Origin: Hormiphora californensis
Lineage: Eukaryota; Animalia; Ctenophora
Assembly (NCBI GenBank): GCA_020137815.1
Contig: CM035356.1
Span: 6,014,001 to 6,078,000, forward strand
DNA length: 64,000 nt
Direction of reading: 5' to 3'
Part shown: positions 1-12,700 of the stretch, piece by piece
How positions within the stretch are numbered: the stretch's first letter is position 1
Layout: every line of letters begins with the position of its first letter
Translations under genes and position numbers: made by a program
Notes under the pieces: generated by a model
Told to the model about the DNA's origin: nothing
Database searches by the model: none
The model's input: only the letters and a program-made list of their open reading frames with translations

Positions 1-108
1 TCCCCCCGGGGGCAGGAAAAAATTAAGAGAATTTAAAAAAAAGGGGTTTGGGAAGTGTGTGTTTCATGCAGGATGTAATGCCCCCCCCCCCCTATGTAAT
101 TTACCTTG

Positions 109-699
109 GTAACGGTTTGATCCCAAAAGAGATGTCTCTAGAATGCTCGTCCGGTATCTCTTTAGGGTTCACCCAAAGTGCAGGAGATGTAGTATGGTGG
201 TATAAATCGGCCAAATAAAAAAAAGAATAACAGAAAAAAACAAAATTTTTGTTTAATTTAAGAAAAAAAAACTAAAAAGTAAAGTAAAAAGTAAAAAAAA
301 TAAAAAAGTAAAATTAAAAAAAAAAAAATAAAACAAAAAAAAAAAACAAAAAATAAAATAAAACAAAAAAAAAATCAAAAAAAAAAATAAAAAAACTTTT
401 TTCAAAAAATTTTTTTTTTAGCAAACTTTTTTTGAGCTAACTTTTTTTTAGCTAAAAAATTTTTTTTTTGGGTCCCGGTCGTGGTATAAATCGGGCCCAA
501 AAGGGCCCAAAAATTAAAGGGGGACCGTTTTTGAAAATTTTTTATCTCCGAAATTAAACAACCCCTGGGCGGGTTTGTACTTGGGGTGGGTGCCAAACCC
601 ATATCTCTCTCTCTCCCTTCCCCTCTCTCCCCACACACACACCCCTCCTCTCTCTCTCAAAACAAAAACCCCCACTCTCCTCTCACTCTCACGCTCCCC

Positions 700-732
<33 letters not shown>

Positions 733-3700
733 CTCACTCTCACTCTCTCTCATTCTCTCTCACTTACTCTTCTCACTCTCACTCTTTCCACCTTCTCTCT
801 CCTCTTTCTCTCTCTCCTCCTCTCTTTTCCTCTCTTTCCTCTCTCCCCCTCTCTCCCCTCTCCTCTCCCCCCCCACCGGGGCCCTCCCCCCCCCCCCCCT
901 CCCCTCTCAACCAAACCCCGCATTCACCCCCCCCCAAACCCTCCCCCTCCCCCTCCCCTCTCCCCCCCTCTCCCCTCTTTTCTCTCTCCACCCATCCCCC
1001 TCTCATTTCCCCTCTCCCCCCTTTTCCCCCTCCCCCCCACCTCTCTCATTTTCCTCTCCTTTTCTCTCTCCCCTTTCTCTTTTTCTCTCCTCTTTCCCCT
1101 GTTCCCCTCTCTCCTCTCCCTCTTCTCTCTCTCTCTCTCTTCCCTCTCTCCCTTTCTTTTTCTCTCTCTCTTCCCTCCTCTCTCCCTCTCCCCTCCTCCT
1201 CTCTCTCCCCCCTCTCCCCTCTCTCTCTCCCCCTCCCTCTCTCCCCCCCTCCCCTCTCCTTTTTCTCTCTTCCCTTCTTCTCACCAAAGTTTTAAAAAAG
1301 GGAGGGATAGAGAACAAGGAAAAACCCCGGGGGGGGACCGAGGGCAAGGGAAAGGGAGAAAAAAGGGGAAACCCCAAAACAGGGGGACCCCTATAGATAA
1401 ACAAAGGGGGCCCAGAATACAAACCCAGATCGCACCCCGAGGGGAAAAGGGGGGGTGGTGGTGTATGTTTTGTTGTTGGGTTTTGCGGGCGTGCCGCCCC
1501 ACGCCGGGCGGCGGGGCACCTTAACCCCGCGGGGGGGCTCTCTCTCTCTCCCCCTAAAACCCCAAAAATTTCCACCCAAAAATTTTCTTAACAAAAGTGG
1601 GAACCTTAAAATTTTTAAAATAGGCCCGGTTTTCCCCGCGGGCGTGCTCGTGTGGTGGGTGGTTTTTTCCCCGGGGCGCCGGGGTTCCCGCGCGGAAAAA
1701 TTCAGCTCCTTATAACCCAAAGCGAACCCCGGTTTTAAGAAGCGGTTCAAGAAAGTTAAAGGGTCCCCAAAACCAAGCGCCCCTCCCGTAAATTTTCTAA
1801 TTCCTCCTCCCTCCACCGCTCCCTCTCTCTCTCTTAAATTTTTTTTTCTTTTCCCTTATCCCCCCCACCTTTGGGGGAAATAACCAATCAAAAATTTTTT
1901 TTGGGGTTTTTTTTGGGTTTTTGGGGCAAAATGGGGGGGGGGGGTGGGGAGTAAAAATTTTTTTGGATTTTTTTTAAAATCCCGGGGGGGGTTTCCATGC
2001 TTATTTTACCCCCCCCAGGCGGGTTTTTGTTTTTTTTAAACCCCCAGGGAACCCCAAACAAAAAGTTCGAACGGTCCTCCTAATTTTGGCCGTTTGGCCG
2101 ATTTATACCACGACCGGGACCCAAATAAAAAAGTTTAGCTCAAAAAAAGTTTAGCTCAAAAAAATTTTAGCTCAAAAAAAAGTTTTTCTGAAAAAAGTTT
2201 TTTCTATTTTTGTTTTTTGATTTTATTTTTTGTTTTATTTTTATTTTTTTTGTTTTTATTTTTGTTTTTATTTTTATTTTTTCTAACTTTTTACTATTTA
2301 GTTTTTTACTTTACTTTTACTTTTACTTTTTAGTTTTTTTATTTCTTAAATTAAACTAAATTTTGTTTTTATTTCTGTTATTCCTTATTTTTTCATTTGG
2401 CCGATTTATACCACCATAGATATGTGTTACAACAATAGAGTCTGTTTGATTTACAATTTCTGAATTCTCTCTTTATCATCTTAGTACCCAGCGATGAGGG
2501 AGGGTCGAACAAGGCAACCAGCGATTATACTTCTTGTGGTTACCAAGATAGTGGTTACCAACTTGGCAACCAGGGATTACTACATTTACAACCCCTGGTT
2601 ACCAACACCCCTTTTCACTGTTACCTGCCAGCAGGGTGTAATCATTTACAAACCCCCAACTAACCTGCCAGCAGGGGTAATCATTTACAAACCCCCAACT
2701 AACCTGCCAGCAGGGGTAATCATTTACAAACCCCCAACTAACCTGCCAGCAGGGGTAATCATTTACAAACCCCCAACTAACCTGCCAGCAGGGGTAATCA
2801 TTTACAAACCCCCAACTAACCTGCCAGCAGGGGTAATCATTTACAAACCTCCAACTAACCTGCCAGCAGGGGTAATCATTTACAAACCCCCAACCAACCT
2901 GCCAGCGGGGGTAATCATTTACAAACCTCCAACTAACCTGCCAGCAGGGGTAATCATTTACAAACCCCCAACTAACCTGCCAGCAGGGGTAATCATTTAC
3001 AAACCCCCAACTAACCTGCCAGCAGGGGTAATCATTTACAAACCTCCAACTAACCTGCCAGCAGGGGTAATCATTTACAAACCCCCAACTAACCTGCCAG
3101 CAGGGGTAATCATTTACAAACCCCCAACTAACCTGCCAGCAGGGGTAATCATTTACAAACCCCAACTAACCTGCCAGCAGGGGTAATCATTTACAAACCC
3201 CAACTAACCTGCCAGCAGGGGTAATCATTTACAAAGCCCCAACTAACCTGCCAGCAGGGGTAATCATTTACAAACCCCCAACTAACCTGCCAGCAGGGGT
3301 AATCATTTACAACCCCCAACTAACCTGCCAGCAGGGGTAATCATTTACAAACCCCCAACTAACCTGCCAGCAGGGGTAATCATTTACAAACCCCCAACTA
3401 ACCTGCCAGCAGGGGTAATCATTTACAAACCCCAACTAACCTGCCAGCAGGGGTAATCAGTGGGGGGAACTTAGAAATGAGTTCTTCGTGCCAGCTGGAC
3501 CCTGTTCTGTACTATGTTGTGGTATGTAGGTCTACATGTATGTCTGTCTTATGGTCCAGTCCCACCGCCGCGGGCCTTACTGGCTGATGGTCCAAAGATT
3601 GCGGTCAAATCACAACTAGTCTCTCGTAAGATAAGAGACATCTCCTGAGCATGACATTAAACTGCTCACTCTACATTGGGTTGGTGTACACCAGTACCCC

Positions 3701-6700
3701 AGTTAATAGTGCACTGGGCCCAAGTACCTTGGCTCGATACCAACCCCCCCCCCCTCTGCCCGAAGCTAACGCTAAGGATCCGCCCAGAAATGGGATGACG
3801 CCCTGCAAAGGGATGGAGCCCAAATACGGGATGGAGCCCAGAAACGGGATGGTACCCTGTAATAGGGATGGTGCCCAAAATGGGATGACTGAAAAATAAA
3901 TGACGTTAATGTTTACGAGAAAATCAGGTGAAGCGGTTGTGTCCAAAGAGAGTTTTTATGAGATATTTAACTGTACGTGGTAATGATGTGGAAATTATGT
4001 GAAACCGATGTATCCAAATTTTCACTTTCTTTTTACACCTCCTGTCAACTTCTTCCCTCCCACTCCCCCAACCCAGTAGTTACAGTTTACCACCCCCCCA
4101 GTGGAGCCTGATTGCACAACGTTCAAACAAAAAACTTTTTACACCTCCTGTCAACTTCTTCCCTCCCACTCCCCCAACCCAGTAGTTACAGTTTACCACC
4201 CCCCCCCCCCCCCAGTGGAGCCTGACTGCACAACGTTCAAACCAAAAACTTAAGAACAGAATAGCCGTTGAAAATTTCAACGGCAATTTTAAAGTAAAAG
4301 TAAATCTGTTATACGGGATTTGAACCTTGGACCTCACGTCTCAAAGTTAGGCGCTCTAACCACTCGGCCATTACGGAGATAGATTTCTAAAATTCTTAGG
4401 GGACTTATACCCGATCTGTGTCACTAAAACGCAGTGGACCCATAAAAAACAAATAACTTTGCCGTCAGTATGTATCGACAGAGTTAAGATGTTAAGTCGA
4501 GAAACACTGGATACCCTCCAAAAACCCCCCTACTAAAGGTTAAAACAACGTAAGACACGCTAACACCCTCCCCCATCCCCTAGCTATCTCTAGGATCACC
4601 ATCCGAAAATGGCAGTCAAATCGAAACGCTATCAACGCGTTACAGAAGGGGACACAGACCCGACACTATCACTTCTGCTGTCTCTGATAATACTTGCTAC
4701 CGTGTACACAAGCATGGAAGAAGCGACAACGCAAACCCCATTTCCGACCCTCCAAGACAAAGGAGTGCAGACCCACGAATCGGGACAGACTATCAACACA
4801 CACGGTAAGAACATACCCCCCTGTCTAACATACATCAGTCAACTAACTAAAACCCCCTACCTCGTCCCCAAACATATAAGAAATATATATATGTCAAGAA
4901 ATAACATTAAATCTTGGTCATAAATAGGGTGCACATCTGTAAGGCGCGAAGCCCCAGCCCAAACGAAAGTCCATACTCCTGAGCGCGGATAGGCACGCGC
5001 GATAGGATTACATAGAATCTTCCAAGAACAAAGCAGTGACGTAATAATTCTAGAAAGTTACCCCTGAAGAGGGAGAGCAATCCTAATATTAGGTACCACT
5101 TCTGTTTTACTGCATTCTTGTGTGTGTTCTGCTTTCACAATGCTCGGTTAGTATACAAAGACCTAGACTAGACATAGAAAATAAACTCTAACAAAGTAAC
5201 ACCCTCAGTTAACTCCATTGCTTGCAATATTCCTCTAAATCTTCCCTGACCAGACCTTACCTCTACAGGTACCCGAACCCCTACCCAAAGGGCGGTGATC
5301 TCTAGGGATTATGACGACGAGACTCTAATCTACCACCAAGAGATGACACACCTCTGCGAGAGAGAACAGCGTATTGTCGCGACGAAATTACTGGAAGAGG
5401 GAACTGGGGGAGAGCTGATCCTAAACGTAAATGCAAGGGTTCTCAGCCTGAGGGATTCAGGAACACCCCTAACCGAGATCATCAACAAACTACCTGAGGG
5501 ATTTACGGCTGTAGAAGCTAACCGACACAAACGGTACGTAACTAATTCCACCCAACCCCACAAAACCCACCCCCACCTCAACAACCAACGTAACAAACAT
5601 ACCGAAGTAACAATCAACATCCCCCTACAGGCTGACTATTCTGGGTTTCCTGAGAGTAGGAGAAGCTCTGAACGATAAAAAGTCCATAGAGAAGTGGTTA
5701 CTGTCCCGCTTCCCCGTCTCTCTCCCGAAGCTCTTACAACCACCCATAGTGAAAGGAGCCACCATCAAGGACGGAGAAAGTGTCAGGAATCGATTAATTA
5801 AACTGGTGTTCCCGTACGAAAAACTCGATCGTCCGGTGAAATCTTTCAGTACCATGGCGATAAGCTACAGAAGTACCTCCGTTGAGGAAAAAACTAGAGG
5901 CCCACCTTCAACACCCCCAAGGAGGAACGAGGAGGAACGAGGAGCCAGCGGAACGAGAAGAGTTAGCGGACCTGAAATCCCAAGCAACCACCACCAACCG
6001 GCCCACGCTCCCATGTTCATCAACCCTCAACTCCAGCAACAAATGATGGCACAAATGCAGCAGCAGTTATTCCAACAATGGAGTCAGTGGCAACGCCCCC
6101 ACGATCCCCGGAACACACTAAATCAGCCAGGACCCTGGATGCAACCCTTCAGGCCCCCGCAACCCTTCAGGCCCCCGCCTCCCGGACCAGCAAACAACAA
6201 GAAACTACCAGACCCACCGACTGAGGAATCATCCGACGAAGAGCAGCCAAGTGATAAGGACCTACCTCCAGCAGACATAAGGGGTCCCCCAGCTGATAAC
6301 GTCGAAACTGAGGATGAATTCCAAACACCCAGGAAGAAAAGGAAATCCGGAGAAGACGAGATGATGAAACATTAGTTTGTGATTCCGTGGTGTTTTAAAC
6401 TTTTTACAATTTCTTTTTATAAAAGTGTTTACATTTGAACGGCGAGGTGGTATGGTGGGAAAAGGAAAGTATCTCACAAAAGGTAAGGTAAGGGGAAAGC
6501 GCGAGGAAACCCCATGGGCGGCCAACTTCCGGGGCCAGGACTCCGGCGGTGTACGGAACGCGCGAAACATTGTCACGCGCAAATCTCCAGCCGCGCGTCC
6601 CTTAAGGACAGCGTTTTGCTCCTCCTCTTTCATCGCGCGTGAATCTAGCGCAGAGACCTTTCGCGACGGCAACGCGCAGTGGCATCTCCGCACAGGATGC

Positions 6701-9700
6701 AGCTACAGCTCAAGGGGTACACGTAGGAAGCTCTTTCTAACTCCCTCCCTTTTCTCTTTAATCTGACCCGCTTTACTGCCCCCAGCTAAACCTCTGCAGC
6801 TATACACCCAGTCCCCGTCCGAAAGGACACCCCCGCCCGAAGCGAAAGCTGAGGATCCGCCCAAAAATGGGATGGTGCCCAATTATGGGATGGTGCCCGA
6901 TCACGGGAAGAAGCCCTGCAAAGGGATGGTGCCCAATTATGGGATAGTGCCCGGAAACGGGAAGGAAGCAGGAAACAACTTAATGGATAAACTAGACACA
7001 ACCCCTGAAATCATGAAACTAAGACTCATACCACCACAACCCCAACAACCCAGACCACTTCCCACACCCAAACAACTCGAACATACAACTCACAACACAT
7101 CCCCCCCAGCCCCACCAAGAATCACGATAACCAATGCAATGCGCAACCCCAAAAAACCACACAAACAAACCATAACAATAGGTAGCAAATCAAAGTATAA
7201 CACATCATCCATGCCGACCAAACATAAAACAAGTAAACAAAACGACATTAGACTCTATTTATCCACTCCCAGAACACCAACTCAATACACACCAAGCAAC
7301 ACATCAGCCCATAGGAAACAGCCTATAGCCTCACTACAGAACACAGCCACCAAAACAACCCCAGACCAACAGCCGTCCACAATCGAACACAATCCCAAAC
7401 ATTCTACAAAACAACCAAAAAACAACATCCAATCACAAAAACCCAAACACACATACATTGACGTTATACAAGCAAACCTACAACACAAGAAGGGGGCCAT
7501 GGATACCCTAGGTATCACCCTCAAAGGGAAAAAACAAACCATAGTGACCCTAACAGAACCGTATTACAACAACAAGGGGATTATTCCTAGAGCAAACAAA
7601 AAAATGACATTATTCTACGCTGACAGCGATCACCCAAGAACAGCAATCGGAATACACTCACCTATGGAGGAATATACCACACTTATAGATGATCTATCAG
7701 ACAGAGACATAACAACTATAAAGCTGGTAAATGACGGCAGCACCATCATACTCGCGTCAATTTATATGGATCAGAACAACCCAATAACTAAGGAATACAT
7801 AGACAAACTAACGAAACGTGCACGAGACCAGAAGGCGGCTCTAATAATAACCATGGACAGCAACTCCCACCACCAATCATGGGGTGACAAAAACACGGAT
7901 AAGAGGGGCACTGAGCTAATAAACACCCTGGCAAAAAACAACTTAGAACTAGCAAACTCAGGCAACAAGCCAACCTTCAAAAACTCAAGGAGCCAATCAT
8001 CTGTCATCGATCTGACGGCTGGAAACTTCAAGGGAATACAAACCATAATGAACTGGAAAACTTCAGACGAATATACAAATTCCGACCACAAATATATCAG
8101 ATTCCAACTACAATTCGAAACCAAGTGCAAAAAACAACTGCAGAAAATCAACAATACAGATTGGGAAAAGTTTCACTCTGATACTGAAAGTAGTAAAACG
8201 TTAAAAAGACTCGCTGACACTGAGATCACAAACCAGAAGACACTTGACAAATTAACAGAGGAGTTCACGGAAGAATTAAACCAGATCTGGAGTCACAATT
8301 GTCCGATCACATACATTAGCAGTAACATCCCCCCACCGACCTGGTATAACTCAGATCTAGGACGGGAACATGACAAACTCATGACACTAACAAACCTATC
8401 AAAGGAAAAAACCAAACACCAAGAAAAACTGAAAAAGGCCCAACAATGCTACAACAAAAATATCAAGGCAGCAAAAACAAAAGACTACAAAGAAACACTC
8501 AAAAACATAGAATCCCTTCCGGCCAGAGCAAGATTCGCAAAAACAATGAAAAGAAGCGGGAAAAAATCCAACAAACAGCTAAATTCAATGAGAAACAAAC
8601 AGGGAAAACTAACAAGATCCCCAGAGGAGACCCTTGAAGTAATAACGAAAGCTCATTTCCCGGTACACAAAAATAACCCCGTACCCCTAACAAAGATCAC
8701 GCCAGACAAATCAATAATAAACAAAACCTTCAGCACCCACCGTATGGAACAAGCAATTAACAGCCTAAAAGCGGGCAAGAAAGCAGGTCCCGACAACATA
8801 ACCAATGACATACTAAGGCAGGCGGGCGGATACTCACAACAAATCTTGCAAAAAATCTTCAAATACAACTACACACAAGGAACTTCACCAAAAACATGGA
8901 AAACATCAAAAGGGATATTCCTGCCAAAACCGGGCAAAGACGACTACCACAACCCCAAATCCTTCAGGACAATAACGCTGGCTCCAACCATGCTAAAACT
9001 CCAAGAACGTCTTGTATTATGGCACCTCGAATATGATCTCAAAATCTACGACCAACTATCTCCAAAACAATTCGGATTTAGGAAAGGGTACTCAACAGAA
9101 GCCGCACTGCATAAAATAATACACAAGATCGAAAAGAGAATAAAAGGAAAAGGAATGGTTCTTGGACTATTCTTGGACATAGAAGGAGCATTCGACAAAG
9201 TCTCCTTCAAGGCAATCCACAGAGCCCTCAACCGTTTTAACATAGATCAAACAACGAAAAACTGGATAATCAACTGGCTACAAGATAGAAAACTCACCAT
9301 AGAACATCAACAAAAAACAATATCAATCGACATAACCCAGGGATGTCCACAAGGTGGAGTACTATCACCTCTACTCTGGTCATTAATAGTAGACGACCTA
9401 ATAATAATAATAATAATAATAATAACTATGTTTGTATTCCGCCCATATCCGACAGGGACAGAGCAGTAGAACTGTTGCTGTCACTGAAGGATGATCTGAA
9501 CGGTTAACATACTTGAATAGACCTGCCGACTAATCCTTAATATTGCACACAAAAAAAATGGTAAAGAAAAAAACAACGGCCCACATAACTATCGGTAACT
9601 GAAAACATAACAGACTGAGATAGAGTCCTGAAACTCTAAAAAGATGGTTTAAAAGTCCAATAGATAGAAAACACTCGTGCTATGAAAAAAACCCAAAACG

Positions 9701-12700
9701 TGCTTCACACTTCTGCTCGCCACGAGCCAAAATACAGAAAAAATAAAACAGGTACCAGCTAGAGCACAAACCTCAGTAAGATGGAGAGAACACTCCTAGG
9801 ACAATCAGGATTCACCGAAAGCCTCAATGAAGAGACTAGTCTTGAGCTTAGACTTGAAAGAGTCCACAGAGTCAATTGCTCTCAGATCAATGGAAAGCTT
9901 ATTCCAGATTTCAGGCAGATAAACCGACGGACGTCTCCTCCTCAACTTAGAAGTTGCATTCACACTGGATAGCTTAGGATACCTCAGCTTGAGGCCATCA
10001 GGCTGAGCGTTTCCTCTGGTAGTCCGGATCACATGTAGTCCATCATCCACAGGGACCTGTTCCTGCAGGTACACTGGAGCCAAGCCATGTACAATCTTGT
10101 ACGCCATTAAGCAAACCTTGAACTTAACTCGCTGTTCAATCGGGAGGACGTGCATTTCACTCATGTAGGGCATGTAACTGTCCTGGTGACCATACAGGCC
10201 ATACACAAATCTGACACATGAGTTCAGAACTCGCTGCAAGCTATCCAGGAGCTTCTTTGGTAAGCCAGAATAAAGGACATTACAGTAGTCAAGTCTCGAA
10301 ACGATGAGTTGCTTCACCAGAAGCATCTTGGTCGGTTTATCCAAACATCGGTTAACCTGCCACAAATTCTTGAGAAGCATTCCACATTGCTTCTTAACAC
10401 TGTTGATTTGCCTTTCCATCGAAATGTTACTGTCTAGGAATACACCCAGGGTCTTCCCTGCAGATCCAGTAAATTCCATAGGGCCTACTACGTAAAACCC
10501 CAAAAGATCTACCCACAGAAACACAAGCATTTGCAGATGATCTAATATCAATCGCAGAAGGATATGATATAAAAATAATGAAACAAAGAATAGAAAACAC
10601 AGCGAACACAATCAACAATTGGTGCAAAGAGCAAGGACTAAACTTAAGCGTACTAAAAACCAAATTAGTTCTCTTCTCCAACAAAAGAACAAAACTTAAA
10701 GTCGATATAAAGATAGAAAGCACCAAAATATCTAACTCCGAAACCACCATATTTCTGGGAGTGACACTAGACGAAAAACTCAACTTCAAACAACACATTA
10801 CCGCGAAAACAAACCAAGCCGTTCAAAGACTGCTAGCCCTAAAAAGCGCAATGGGAGCTACATGGGGCACGTCACCAAAAACAACATTGTGGATCTACAA
10901 CACAATAATCAAACCAACGATAGACTACGGAGTAGTAATATGGTGCCACACACTTTCCAAAAAATACATATGCAAGAAATTTAGATCAATCCAAGGTCTA
11001 GCCCTTAAAGTAGCAACAGGAGCAGCACCTAGTACAGCACAAGCAGACTTAAACGTAATTACCGACACACCAGACATAATAGCTTACCTGAAAGCAAAAT
11101 CAATAATAGGTGCAAACAGGCTTATCTGCAACAAACATTGGACCAAAGAAACAGCAACCACAGAAGGACACGTCAAAAGTATACAACATATGACAAAAAC
11201 AACGGGCCAAACAACCAAACAATGGGATCTCTCCACTCCAAAACTCAACATCGATAACAACTTCACAACATTATCACCAAATACAAACAACATAGAAACA
11301 TACAACCAGAACATGCAAATCATTAGAAACGATAAAAAACCAATACACTGTTATACAGATGGGTCGAAGGACGAAAACGGAAAGACAGGAAGTGGCCTAA
11401 CTTTTGAAATGGAAAATGACAAAATAGAGGACAAAACCAAATTACCAGAATTCTGTACAGTATTCCAGGCAGAGCTAATAGCTATTACCAGAGCAGCCGA
11501 GATTATGAATGAAAAAAGAATTACAGATAAAATAATATATATCTGGAGTGACAGCAAATCCTCCATCGACGCACTCGCTTCCATCAAGACAAGGACCAGA
11601 ACAGTCAGTATAGCAATACAAACACTCAACAAACTGGCAACAAACAATAAAGTTACAATCGCATGGATCAAAGCACACATAGGCATTCCAGGGAACGAGA
11701 GGGCAGACGAACTAGCAAAAGCAGCAACAATCGATGGGAATATTAGATCTTGCCCACCACCATTCAGTCGGGCCGTAAAAGAGCTCAAGGAATGGACAAC
11801 AAGAGAAACTACCAAAGAATTCGAGAACAGTGGCGGGAAACACACCAAGCGGTTACTCGCAGACACCCAAAATTCATATGAAACAAGGACGGAACAGCAT
11901 ATGATAACAGACACACAAACATACAACAAAATAACAAAGCAAACGAAGGACCTAATGAAAACAAGACAAAGCATCAGAACAGCCATTCACATAATAACCC
12001 AGCATGGAGAAAACAACCACCATCTAGGCAAAATAGGAAAAACACAACATGGCTTATGCACATTATGCCAACACGAAGAAGAAACGGTAGAACATATTAT
12101 TTGCAAGTGTCCAGCGATAGCACAAAAAAGGGAAGAGCTTTCAGGAAGAGCGTATCACAGTGATATATATTCAACACTGAGAAACAACCCACTAAAAGAA
12201 GCAATCGACATAATGCTGTTGTTCCTGAAACGAAAGAAATTAACCATAAACGACACAGAAGACTAGAGATCCAAACTACCAACAAAACCAGAACACACAA
12301 GAAACACATACCTAGAAACCAGTACAACAAAAATCAAAAGGAAGGACTAAAATGTGCAAAACGACATAGAACCACGCAATGCAACGCATCCCAAAGACGA
12401 CTGCTGCAACCCCCCTCACCTCCCCCGCAGCAGTCGACTTTCCCCACCAGGGTTATGCCCCCCATAATCCTTCCCATTTCTAGTCGGCCCCACAAATGGG
12501 AACTCCCGCCCCCTCCCCCCATACCTCACGGCCATCATTAGCGGTGCTGGTATCACTAAGTGATTGGCCCTGTGCGTAGGGTCCCCAACAGGGGTTCACG
12601 CCCATGGCAACCGCTCCTATCAAATCAAATCAAAAAGGGGTAATCATTTACAAACCCCAACTAACCTGCCAGCAGGGGTAATCATTTACAAACCCCCAAC

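Larger units (their letters stand above)
3460..12635 (+). mobile_element. Apparently full-length non-LTR retrotransposon, LOA/R1-group-like (APE-RT-RNase H-CCHC)
   Basis: Flanked by 11-bp TSD aggggtaatca (3449-3459 and 12636-12646); 3' tail of (tcaaa)n at ~12620-12635; contains ORF1-like exons and ORF2. Confidence 0.92.

Noticed and set aside
402-1816. S/L/P- and R/E/G-rich ORFs
   Set aside because: Translations of CT/GA low-complexity, error-rich sequence. The same applies to ORFs over other (GA)n tracts.
2494-3186. ORFs of NLPAGVIIYKPPT / VNDYPCWQVSWGF repeats as a repeat protein
   Set aside because: By-product of a 39-bp unit; 38-bp units break the frame; the array is intronic.
4308-4380. 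Functional tRNA gene
   Set aside because: Acceptor and anticodon stems do not pair properly.
3968-4487. TTAA-flanked piggyBac-like MITE inside the LINE
   Set aside because: The putative TIRs match too poorly to support it.
9401-9469. Poly-Ile C-terminus of the 865-aa ORF
   Set aside because: Read-through into the antisense (TAT)n tail of the nested L2.
10461-10611. N-terminus of the 268-aa minus ORF as a signal peptide
   Set aside because: It is the antisense of the LOA ORF2 plus junction sequence, not part of the L2 protein.
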